DNA from: Candidatus Latescibacterota bacterium
GTDB taxonomy: Bacteria; Latescibacterota; UBA2968; UBA8231
Reading direction: 5' to 3'
Length of the DNA: 64,000 nt
Assembly (NCBI GenBank): GCA_965217585.1
Contig: OZ244561.1
Location: 4,736,001-4,800,000 of the forward strand
The stretch's first letter is position 1; the number at the start of each line of letters is the position of its first letter. Below the pieces are notes generated by a model. It searched no databases, was not told the DNA's origin, and worked only from the letters and a program-made list of their open reading frames with translations. Below, one piece after another: positions 9,988-17,446 of this stretch. Made by a program: the position numbers and the translations under genes.

Positions 9988-11589
9988 TCAAGGCTCGTGT
10001 ACGGTCAGGAGCTGGTCGGCGGCGATGTCTTGCAAGCGCTGCACGGTACCGCTGGGCCAGCGGATTTCCACTTCATCTACGCGGGTGCGGTCTCCCAGCC
10101 CGAAAAAGGGGCGCAGCGCGCTTTGGCACATGTAGCTCGATCCGGCGCGCACCACGTCCGACCGCACCCAGTCGCCCGCGGCGACGCGGACCTCGGCTCC
10201 GACGAAGTCCCCGACCAACCGCAAGCTCAAATAGTGCTGGGCATTGCCGCCGTCGTTGCGCAAGAGCGCAGCTGCTTGATTGTTGTTGGCTACTGTGATG
10301 TCGAGGTCGCCGTCGTTGTCGTAATCGCCCATAGCCGCGCCGCGGCTCACTTGCTGCAACCGCAGGCCCGGCCCCACCTGATTGCTCACGTCGGCAAAGC
10401 GCCCTTGGCCCTCGTTGCGGAAGAGTTGGTTTTGCTGTGCGTACGTCACGGCGTCGAACAGGTGGATGTTGTCGTCGAGGTGACCGTTGGCGACAAACAG
10501 GTCGCGGTCGCCGTCGTTGTCGTAGTCGATGAAGAGGGTGCCCCAGGCGAGGAACTGCAAGCTGGGAACCCCTAGCCCGGACTGGAAGGTCACGTCGGCG
10601 AAAAACCCGTTGCCGAGGTTGCGGTACAGGCTGTTGGTTTCCCATTGGTAGTTGGTGACGAAGAAGTCGAATCGGCCGTCGCCGTCGTAGTCGCCCACGT
10701 CAACCCCCATGCCGGCCAGCGGCTTGCCCGCGTCGTTGTAGGCGACCCCAGCCAAAGCGCCGACTTCGGCAAAGCGACCGCCGTCGTTGCGGTAGAGCAA
10801 GTTGGGGGTGCGGTCGCCGGCCGCGTACAAGTCGAGATCGCCGTCTGAATCGTAGTCGATGAAAAAGGCCCCTAATTCCTTGGCCGCATCTGACAGCAAC
10901 CCGGCTTCCTCGGTGACATCGACAAAAGTAGCGTCGCCTTCGTTGCGATAAAAGACATCGCGCTGCGGCTCAAAGGCCTCCGGCCCGCAGTACACTGCAA
11001 TCCCGCCGGAGCGGATGCAGGGCTCGTGTATTTCGGGACGAAACTTAGCGTAATTGGCCACGAAGAAGTCCAAGTCGCCGTCTAAATCGTAGTCGGCAAA
11101 GGCCGCGCCCGTACTCATCGCCGGATTGACTAGCTCTGGCCCGGCGACGCCGGCTTGGTCGGTTGCATCAGTGAATTGGCCTGTGGCCCCGTTGCGGTAG
11201 AGGGTATTGGGGCCGTACGCGGTGATGTACAAGTCCAAGTCGCCGTCTGAATCGTAGTCGGCCGCAGCACAGCCCAACCCGTAGCCCGGATCAGCCACAC
11301 CAGCCTCGTTGGTTGCATCGGTGAATTGGCCGGCGCTCGCGTTGCGGTAGAGCGCACTCGGGCCGGCGCTGTTGACGAAGTACAGGTCGAGCCACCCGTC
11401 GCCATCGTAGTCGAAAAAGGCCGTGCCCGAGCCCATGGTTTCCATTGGATACTTTTGCCCTTCGGCCCCGTTCTGGTGGCGAAAAGCGATTCCGGCCTCG
11501 GCCGCCACCTCGACAAACTGCACCTCGGCGCGGCCTAGCGCAGCCCACAGGCACGCCAAGGCGGCTCCTAAGAGGGCGCGCTGCGTCAC
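9988..11589 (-). CDS. CRTAC1-family FG-GAP repeat protein with ASPIC/UnbV domain, secreted
   Basis: Signal peptide, repeated DYDxDGDLD motifs, SRGAAMGDYDNDGDLD, FGLG...IRWPSG. Confidence 0.92.
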   Translation of the reverse strand: MTQRALLGAALACLWAALGRAEVQFVEVAAEAGIAFRHQNGAEGQKYPMETMGSGTAFFDYDGDGWLDLYFVNSAGPSALYRNASAGQFTDATNEAGVADPGYGLGCAAADYDSDGDLDLYITAYGPNTLYRNGATGQFTDATDQAGVAGPELVNPAMSTGAAFADYDLDGDLDFFVANYAKFRPEIHEPCIRSGGIAVYCGPEAFEPQRDVFYRNEGDATFVDVTEEAGLLSDAAKELGAFFIDYDSDGDLDLYAAGDRTPNLLYRNDGGRFAEVGALAGVAYNDAGKPLAGMGVDVGDYDGDGRFDFFVTNYQWETNSLYRNLGNGFFADVTFQSGLGVPSLQFLAWGTLFIDYDNDGDRDLFVANGHLDDNIHLFDAVTYAQQNQLFRNEGQGRFADVSNQVGPGLRLQQVSRGAAMGDYDNDGDLDITVANNNQAAALLRNDGGNAQHYLSLRLVGDFVGAEVRVAAGDWVRSDVVRAGSSYMCQSALRPFFGLGDRTRVDEVEIRWPSGTVQRLQDIAADQLLTVHEP

Positions 11590-11765
11590 TCGCGTTCGGA
11601 ATCAGCGGCGGCTTCGCTGGCCCCGCGGCCGGCGGCCATGTTGCGGATCATCTTGACCACATCGCCAAAGCCCTTGTAGGCCACGGCGACGACAATGGCG
11701 TAAAAGAGGACGCTGGCGGCGATAAAGACGAATTGCCATAAGACTTTCCAAGTTTCGACGTCCAT
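11586..11765 (-). CDS. Small membrane protein (59 aa) following the SSS transporter
   Basis: Below the ORF-track cutoff. Manual translation: MDVETWKVLWQFVFIAASVLFYAIVVAVAYKGFGDVVKMIRNMAAGRGASEAAADSERE. It starts 4 nt after the SSS stop and its TGA overlaps the GTG of the next gene. Confidence 0.75.
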   Translation of the reverse strand: MDVETWKVLWQFVFIAASVLFYAIVVAVAYKGFGDVVKMIRNMAAGRGASEAAADSERE

Positions 11766-11769
11766 TACA

Positions 11770-13311
11770 CTACTCCATTTCGCTAAAGTCTAAAGGGCGC
11801 GGTGGGTGCGAGCGCTGCGTGAGCGAGGCGACGACCAGCATGGCGAGGCCGCCCAAGGCTAGGCTGGTAATCCCGACGAGGTTGGAGCTTTCGACCAGCG
11901 GCAACAAAAACTCGGGCACCAAGTGCTGGTTTTCGTTCATAATCAGGAAGTTGAGCGGCACCAGCGCGCCCAGTATCAGCGCACAGTACGCACCCGGGGT
12001 ATTGGCCTTTTTCCAGTACAGCCCCAAGGCCACGGTGCCGACGCAGCCGGCGAAATAGATGGTGCCGGTGACGTACATAAAGCGGAAGGCCGTCTCGGGA
12101 AGCTGGTAGAGCGCGCCGAAGATGGCCAAGAAGGCGGCGAGGATGACGACGATGGCTCGGGTCCAGTAGATCTCGCGCTCGCTCGACAGCCCTCCCCAGG
12201 TGCCGTCGGCCTCGCGCTCGCCGCCCGACTTGGCGAGCATGGCCTTGATCGGCGAGATCACGTCGCGGACGATGACGCCGCTCCAGGCCAGCAGGTAGCT
12301 GTCGTGGGTGGACATGAAGGCGGCGAACATCCCGGCCATGAGCAGGCCGGCGATGCCGATGGGCAGGATTTTGCCGAGCATTTCGGGCATGGCGTAGTGG
12401 GGGTCGAGCTCGGGGTTGCCAAAATAGGCCAGCGCGGCGATGCCCCAAAACATCGGTACCATCGCCCGCCCCATGACCGTGCCCGCGGCGATCCAGAACA
12501 CGCGCCGGGCCACCCTGGGGCTTTCGGCACTCAGCGGCCGCATCATTTCGGGTTGCCAGACCACGCCGACCAAGCCGACGCAGAATAGAAATAAGATCAT
12601 TGAGATGCCGTAGCCGGGGTTGGCTATGGGGTCAAAGCCGATGTCGCCTTTGTGAACCTCGACGGCCTGGACCATGGTGTCCCAGCCGAGCTGTGGGTGA
12701 TTGAGAATTATATACGTGCCAAAGAAAAATCCCAGCGACAACAGCACAAACTGGGCGAAGTCCGTCAGTACCACCGAGACCATGCCGCCCATCAGCGTGT
12801 AGAAGACGACGATGAGCAACATGCCGATCATGACGTAGTTGACGTATTCCTTGTCGAGGCCAGTGAAGCCAACGACGAACTTGCTGCCGAGGATGGGAAA
12901 CAGCCCCATGTTGAGGGTGCCGGCGAGGGTGAGGATGATGCCGCCGAGCAGGCGCACGCCGCGCGTGTACTTGAGTTCGTAGAACTCGGGCACGGTCATC
13001 ACCTGCAGATGGCGCAGGCGACTGACGATAAAGCCAGTGCGGCCGATGATCAGGGTGGTGATCAGCGCCATGAGGCCAAAGACGAAGGGCACGAAGCCGT
13101 ATTTGAAACCCTCCTCGGCCATGTACATGACCGTGACCAGCCCAAGGCCGGTCGAGACCATGGTGGCGACGGCCATGTGGGTTTTGAGGCCGCGGCCGGC
13201 GACGAGGAAGTCGGAGATGCCCTTGATGGCACCACGGGCCAACGTGCCAGCGACGATGGTACCGCCGACATAGACGAGGACGATGGCGTAGTCAATCCAG
13301 CTCAGGTGCAT
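11770..13311 (-). CDS. Sodium:solute symporter (SSS) family transporter
   Basis: DFLVAGR, YTLMGGMVSVVLTD, AAFMSTHDS, LGLYWKKAN. Confidence 0.93.
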   Translation of the reverse strand: MHLSWIDYAIVLVYVGGTIVAGTLARGAIKGISDFLVAGRGLKTHMAVATMVSTGLGLVTVMYMAEEGFKYGFVPFVFGLMALITTLIIGRTGFIVSRLRHLQVMTVPEFYELKYTRGVRLLGGIILTLAGTLNMGLFPILGSKFVVGFTGLDKEYVNYVMIGMLLIVVFYTLMGGMVSVVLTDFAQFVLLSLGFFFGTYIILNHPQLGWDTMVQAVEVHKGDIGFDPIANPGYGISMILFLFCVGLVGVVWQPEMMRPLSAESPRVARRVFWIAAGTVMGRAMVPMFWGIAALAYFGNPELDPHYAMPEMLGKILPIGIAGLLMAGMFAAFMSTHDSYLLAWSGVIVRDVISPIKAMLAKSGGEREADGTWGGLSSEREIYWTRAIVVILAAFLAIFGALYQLPETAFRFMYVTGTIYFAGCVGTVALGLYWKKANTPGAYCALILGALVPLNFLIMNENQHLVPEFLLPLVESSNLVGITSLALGGLAMLVVASLTQRSHPPRPLDFSEME

Positions 13312-13400
13312 GCGTTCTCCTGTGGTGTGGTAAATGGGCGGGTAAACGAACGCGCTAATATAACGCCTAGGCCGTGCCTGTTAAACCCTGCCGCCTCATT

Positions 13401-13430
13401 TTGACAAGGGCAGTCGAAGCTGTTAATTGG
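13401..13430 (+). promoter_or_regulatory. Possible sigma70-type promoter for the 13516 gene
   Basis: Perfect TTGACA at 13401-13406 followed about 17 nt later by a poor AT-rich -10 (gttaatt). Confidence 0.35.
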
Positions 13431-13515
13431 GAGGTGGATTGTCCTTGGGAGCACGGGTGTCTCGCCCGAAGCGTTGGAATGCTAGGCGTCCATTGGATGC
13501 AAAAGGAGAAATTCC

Positions 13516-14601
13516 ATGGCGGAAAGAAGTATCGCAGAGGCTTTAGCGGATGAGGGGGCGGTGTTATGCACGCCCGATGGTCAGCGGCTGGTGTTCCCCG
13601 GCTGCCACGCCAAGCGCGTATCGGCGGCTGAGATCGAAACGTACGAAGGGCGCTTTGAGTATTGGGACGGGCCGACCGAAACTCTGATTGTGGCCGACGA
13701 TGACGTGGGCATCGTCAGTGCCGATCACGAGCTGCCAGCGCAGTATCTGGCGCAGCTAACCCAACAGCTCGCCGATGAGTGCGGGGCGCATTTCATGGCG
13801 TTTGGCACTACGAGCATCTGGCGGCTGGACGACGAGGGCCGCTACGAGGCCATTTTGCGACCCGATCAGTTCATCTACTTGCGTCCGCACGAGGCTTGGC
13901 TGCCGGATCACCTAGGGCTGAAGTTGGGCATTCACTCCCTGCCGGACGTGGTTTTGGAAGTAGATCACACTACGGATATTCGGCAGAGCAAGTTGCAAAA
14001 GTATCAGGCATGGGGGTTCCCGGAGTTGTGGGTGGAGGTGCCGGAGGCGTTTACGCCGTATCGCCGGGCGGGTGCGCCGGGGCTGAGGATTCGCGTGTGG
14101 GAGGATGGGCGTTATCGGCAGGTGGAGGCGAGCCGGGCGTTTGTGGGCTGGACCGCGGCCGAGATTCACGCGGCACTGAACGAGCGGGAGGGCTGGTCGG
14201 CGGCGACGATTGACGCCTTGCTGCGCGTGGCCAAGGACCTGACCAAGCAGTTGGACACGGCTGGTCCAGAGGGTTCGGCGCGGTTGTCGAGGCACCGCAC
14301 CGAAGGACGTGCCCAAGGGTATGCCGCAGGTCGGGAGCAGGGCCGCGCTGAGGGTCATGCCGCAGGTCGGGAGCAGGGTCGCGTCGAGGGTCATGCCGCA
14401 GGTCGGGAGCAGGGTCGCGTCGAGGGCGAGCGGGCGTTGTTGTGCCGCCTAGCGGCGCAAAGGTTTGGCGACGAGGTGGCGGCGAGTTTGGGGGAACTCT
14501 TGGAGGGCTGGGCGAGCGAGGATTTGGTGCGCGTGGGCGATTGGATCGTCGAGTGCGCCAGCGGCGACGAGTTGCTGCGGCGGGTGCGGGAGAAGGGCTA
14601 G
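13516..14601 (+). CDS. Uma2-like nuclease-domain protein with G(R)xxG repeat linker and Rpn/DUF4351-like tail
   Basis: FEYWDG, RPDQFIY, PDVVLEVD, YQAWGFPELW; tail GREQGRVEGERALLCRLAAQRFG. Confidence 0.75.
   Translation: MAERSIAEALADEGAVLCTPDGQRLVFPGCHAKRVSAAEIETYEGRFEYWDGPTETLIVADDDVGIVSADHELPAQYLAQLTQQLADECGAHFMAFGTTSIWRLDDEGRYEAILRPDQFIYLRPHEAWLPDHLGLKLGIHSLPDVVLEVDHTTDIRQSKLQKYQAWGFPELWVEVPEAFTPYRRAGAPGLRIRVWEDGRYRQVEASRAFVGWTAAEIHAALNEREGWSAATIDALLRVAKDLTKQLDTAGPEGSARLSRHRTEGRAQGYAAGREQGRAEGHAAGREQGRVEGHAAGREQGRVEGERALLCRLAAQRFGDEVAASLGELLEGWASEDLVRVGDWIVECASGDELLRRVREKG
14321..14426 (+). repeat. About three in-frame 36-bp tandem repeats (HAAGREQGRVEG)
   Basis: atgccgcaggtcgggagcaggg recurs at 14321, 14357 and 14393. 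Confidence 0.9.
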
Positions 14602-14617
14602 ACTTTAGGAGAAGAAA

Positions 14618-15037
14618 ATGACGAAAATCGCGCAATGTATGTTGTTGGTCGCGGCCCTGTTGTGGGCTGGTTGTGGGGGCGATGACTCGACGATGGGGAC
14701 GGACGAGAGCGAGGGCCGTCGCACGGAAGCTACCCTCGCCGAGGTCAGCCAAGTATTTGCGGTTAGTTGCGCCCTTTCGGGCTGCCACAGCGGCGGGGAG
14801 CCCCAAGCCGGTTTGTCGCTGGAGGGCGACTTTGCCGCGCGCATCGTCGGCGTCGCCAGCGGTCAGCGGCCCGATCTCAAGCTCGTCGATCCGGGGAATC
14901 CCAATAAGTCGTACCTGCTGATAAAGGTGCGCGGCGATGACGAGATTGTCAGTCAGCAAATGCCGCCGGGCAATCCGTTGCCCGCAGAGCAGGTGGAGAT
15001 AATCCGTGCGTGGATCGCTAGCGGAGCGAAAGAGTAA
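14618..15037 (+). CDS. Lipoprotein, planctomycete-type cytochrome c-like with CX4CH motif
   Basis: Lipobox LWAGC; SCALSGCH; LVDPGNPNKSYLLIKV; QMPP; IRAWIASGA. Confidence 0.75.
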   Translation: MTKIAQCMLLVAALLWAGCGGDDSTMGTDESEGRRTEATLAEVSQVFAVSCALSGCHSGGEPQAGLSLEGDFAARIVGVASGQRPDLKLVDPGNPNKSYLLIKVRGDDEIVSQQMPPGNPLPAEQVEIIRAWIASGAKE

Positions 15038-16080
15038 TGCCGGTCTTTTCTTCAGCGTCCTTAATCGAAACCACCGCCTCCATTTTTGCCGCGGCAGGAA
15101 TGCGCGCTGACGAGGCACGCGTGGTCGCCGAATTGCTCGTCGAGGCCAATCTCGTCGGCCACGACTCGCACGGCGTCATTCGCATCCCCCAATACTTGGG
15201 CCAAGTCGAAGCTGGTGACATTGTGCCAGACGCCGCGGTCGAAATCGTTCACGAGGCTCCGACGCTCGCCGTGCTCGACGCGCATTGGGGCTTTGGGCAG
15301 GTGGCGATGAGTCGCGGCGTGGACCTCGGCTTGGAGAAGGCGCGGGCCACGGGCATGGCCGCTATCTCCGTCCGCCAAGCCAATCACATCGGCCGCCTTG
15401 GCAGCTACGTGGAGCGGATTGCCGAGGACACGGCTATTGCTCTGATGTTCGTCAATGGTGCGCCAGTTTGCCGCATGGCTCCGTGGGGTGGGCGCGAAGC
15501 CCGGCACGGCACCAATCCAATCGCCATGGCGTTTCCGTCGCGCAGCGGTCCGCCGGTCGTCCTCGACATGACCACGTCGGCGGTGGCCGAGGGCAAGGTG
15601 CGGGTGCAGCGCAATCGCGGTGCCGAGGTGCCCGACGGCTGGCTTATCGACGCCGAGGGACAGCCGACCAACGACCCCCATACCTTGTATGCCGATCCGC
15701 CCGGCACTATTCTGCCCTTGGGCGGCAGTCTCGGCCACAAGGGCTACGGCCTCAACGTGGCGGTCGAACTGTTGGCTGGCGCGTTGGCCGGTGCCGGCTG
15801 CATAGGCCAAGATCGGCCCTTCCGCAACGGGGCCATGTTGTTGGTGCTCGACGTGGAAAAGCTGGTGGGGTTAGACGCCTATTTTGCCGAGGCTGACACG
15901 TACATCGCGTTCGTCAAGTCTGCGGCTACTGCACCGGGAGTCGAGGCAATTTTGATGCCCGGGGACAGCGAGCGGGCGATGGCGGAGAAGCGGAAGGTGG
16001 AGGGGATCTTCATAGAGGACGAGACGTGGTCGCAGATTGTGGCGAGTGCGGCGAAGGTGGGGGTTGAGGTTAATGTGTAG
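15037..16080 (+). CDS. Ldh_2 family oxidoreductase (malate/L-sulfolactate/ureidoglycolate dehydrogenase-like)
   Basis: GHDSHG, NHIGRLG, GTNPIA, LDMTTS, GHKGYGL. Confidence 0.93.
   Translation: MPVFSSASLIETTASIFAAAGMRADEARVVAELLVEANLVGHDSHGVIRIPQYLGQVEAGDIVPDAAVEIVHEAPTLAVLDAHWGFGQVAMSRGVDLGLEKARATGMAAISVRQANHIGRLGSYVERIAEDTAIALMFVNGAPVCRMAPWGGREARHGTNPIAMAFPSRSGPPVVLDMTTSAVAEGKVRVQRNRGAEVPDGWLIDAEGQPTNDPHTLYADPPGTILPLGGSLGHKGYGLNVAVELLAGALAGAGCIGQDRPFRNGAMLLVLDVEKLVGLDAYFAEADTYIAFVKSAATAPGVEAILMPGDSERAMAEKRKVEGIFIEDETWSQIVASAAKVGVEVNV
15914..16070 (+). repeat. Direct repeat copy 1: 3' end of the Ldh_2 gene
   Basis: 157 bp matching 17138-17296 with mostly synonymous differences. Confidence 0.95.
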
Positions 16081-16198
16081 GTGGCTTGCTGGCGCTCGGA
16101 ACGCTGACCTTGCTGAAACTCGACAGCACCCGCTAAGCAACTTAAATTCGGTTCGCGTATCAAGAGAAAGTAAAACCGGGGAAAGGAAAGGAGATGGT

Positions 16199-16429
16199 AT
16201 GACGGATCGCTTGGAGGAAGTCTATGAAAAATATGTCAAACCGTTGCCTACCGTTGAACGCTTGCGCTTGTTGGAAATGACGGCTCATGATTTGGCCCTC
16301 ACCGCTCCACTGGCCCCCAAAAAACGGCGTATTCTGGAACTGCGTGGATTAGGCAAAGAAATTTGGCAAGGGATAGATGCCCAAACATATGTCGATGGTC
16401 TTCGTGAAGAATGGGACCATCAACCGTGA
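16199..16429 (+). CDS. Putative antitoxin, apparently orphan
   Basis: MTDRLEEVYEKYVKPLPTVERLRLLE...ILELRGLGKEIWQGIDAQTYVDGLREEWD resembles small proteins found upstream of PIN toxins; start ATG 16199 behind AAGGAG; low GC. Confidence 0.65.
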   Translation: MTDRLEEVYEKYVKPLPTVERLRLLEMTAHDLALTAPLAPKKRRILELRGLGKEIWQGIDAQTYVDGLREEWDHQP

Positions 16430-16447
16430 TCCTAAGGAGAATAAAAA

Positions 16448-16654
16448 ATGATAGATTCCAGAATGCTGCGGGAAATTCAAGGAGCACCGGTCGAAGAGCG
16501 CCTTCATTTGATTGAGATCATTCTCCAGTCTCTCAAGAAGGACATAGAAACAACCTCGCCTGCACCTAAAAAAATGTTCACTGTGCGTAAATTTAGTTTG
16601 GGTGCAGAGGTCCATGCAGACCGCAATCAATTGTATAACGAGCGAACAATCTGA
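16448..16654 (+). CDS. Putative antitoxin for the downstream PIN toxin
   Basis: 68 aa with AGGAG RBS; ends 2 nt before the PIN gene; low GC. Confidence 0.65.
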   Translation: MIDSRMLREIQGAPVEERLHLIEIILQSLKKDIETTSPAPKKMFTVRKFSLGAEVHADRNQLYNERTI

Positions 16655-16656
16655 TT

Positions 16657-17130
16657 GTGTTTGCCCTTGACACCAACTTGCTTGTCTATGCACATAATAC
16701 AGACTCGGAATTCCATAAACAGGCAGCCGCATTTGTCACTAAGGTGGTAAATGAACGCGATCATAAAGGACAACACACGATCTGCCTGCCTACCCAAGTC
16801 TTATCAGAGTTTGTACATGTCGTAACTTGGCAGCGCGTTGAAAAGCCACTGTCTATAGTCGAAGCGATCCGCGTCGTCCGGGATTATAGGGATGTGGGCA
16901 TCCCAATCATTCATCAGCGAGAAACACAGATTCAGACCTTTTTGGAACTTTTAGAAAGCGGCACAACACGCAAGAAAGTGTTCGATATGGTCCTAGCGGC
17001 TACTTTGAAAGACAATGGGATAGCAGGACTTTATACTGTGAATGTTGGTGATTTTAAGACATTTGATTTCTTGAAAGCTGTCAATCCACTGCAATCCCTG
17101 TCCAATCAAGCTGATTTATCCGACACATAA
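16657..17130 (+). CDS. vapC: PIN-domain (VapC-like) toxin
   Basis: ALDTNLLVYA, QVLSEF, FDMVLAAT, YTVNVGDF. Confidence 0.88.
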   Translation: MFALDTNLLVYAHNTDSEFHKQAAAFVTKVVNERDHKGQHTICLPTQVLSEFVHVVTWQRVEKPLSIVEAIRVVRDYRDVGIPIIHQRETQIQTFLELLESGTTRKKVFDMVLAATLKDNGIAGLYTVNVGDFKTFDFLKAVNPLQSLSNQADLSDT

Positions 17131-17137
17131 TTGCATT

Positions 17138-17296
17138 TCAAGTCCGCGGCCACACGGCACCGGGAGTCGAGGCGATCTTGATGCCTGGGGATAGCGAGCG
17201 GGCGATGGCGGAGAAGCGGAAGGTGGAGGGGATCTTCATAGAGGACGAGACGTGGGCGCAGATTGTGGCGAGTGCGGCGAAGGTGGGGGTTGAGGT
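17138..17296 (+). pseudogene. Direct repeat copy 2: stranded 3' fragment of the Ldh_2 gene
   Basis: 159 bp including a 2-nt insertion; encodes ...APGVEAILMPGDSERAMAEKRKVEGIFIEDETWAQIVASAAKVGVEV, continuing SDEG-stop. Confidence 0.92.
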
Positions 17297-17446
17297 GAGT
17301 GATGAGGGGTAAGGGGACTTGCCCCAAAAAAATTTAATTTTTTTAACGTAACGGACATTCCCTGACCGCTTAGCGCTTATCTTTAGGACCATTATTAAGA
17401 CGAATGAACCCTTTGCTTGGGTGCATAGCCCAAAGGAGATGACATC

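Noticed and set aside
4753-16080. Allantoin/purine degradation pathway (AllA-like plus AllD-like genes)
   Set aside because: No allantoinase or allantoate enzymes are present, the genes are in different operons, and both families have broad substrate ranges.
16083-16136. Possible eroded LRR fragment (LGTLTLLKLDST) at the left edge of the TA cassette
   Set aside because: It is too short to distinguish from chance.
17326-17344. 9-1-9 A/T palindrome upstream of the LRR gene
   Set aside because: It is low-complexity sequence; it could be an operator but there is no supporting second copy.
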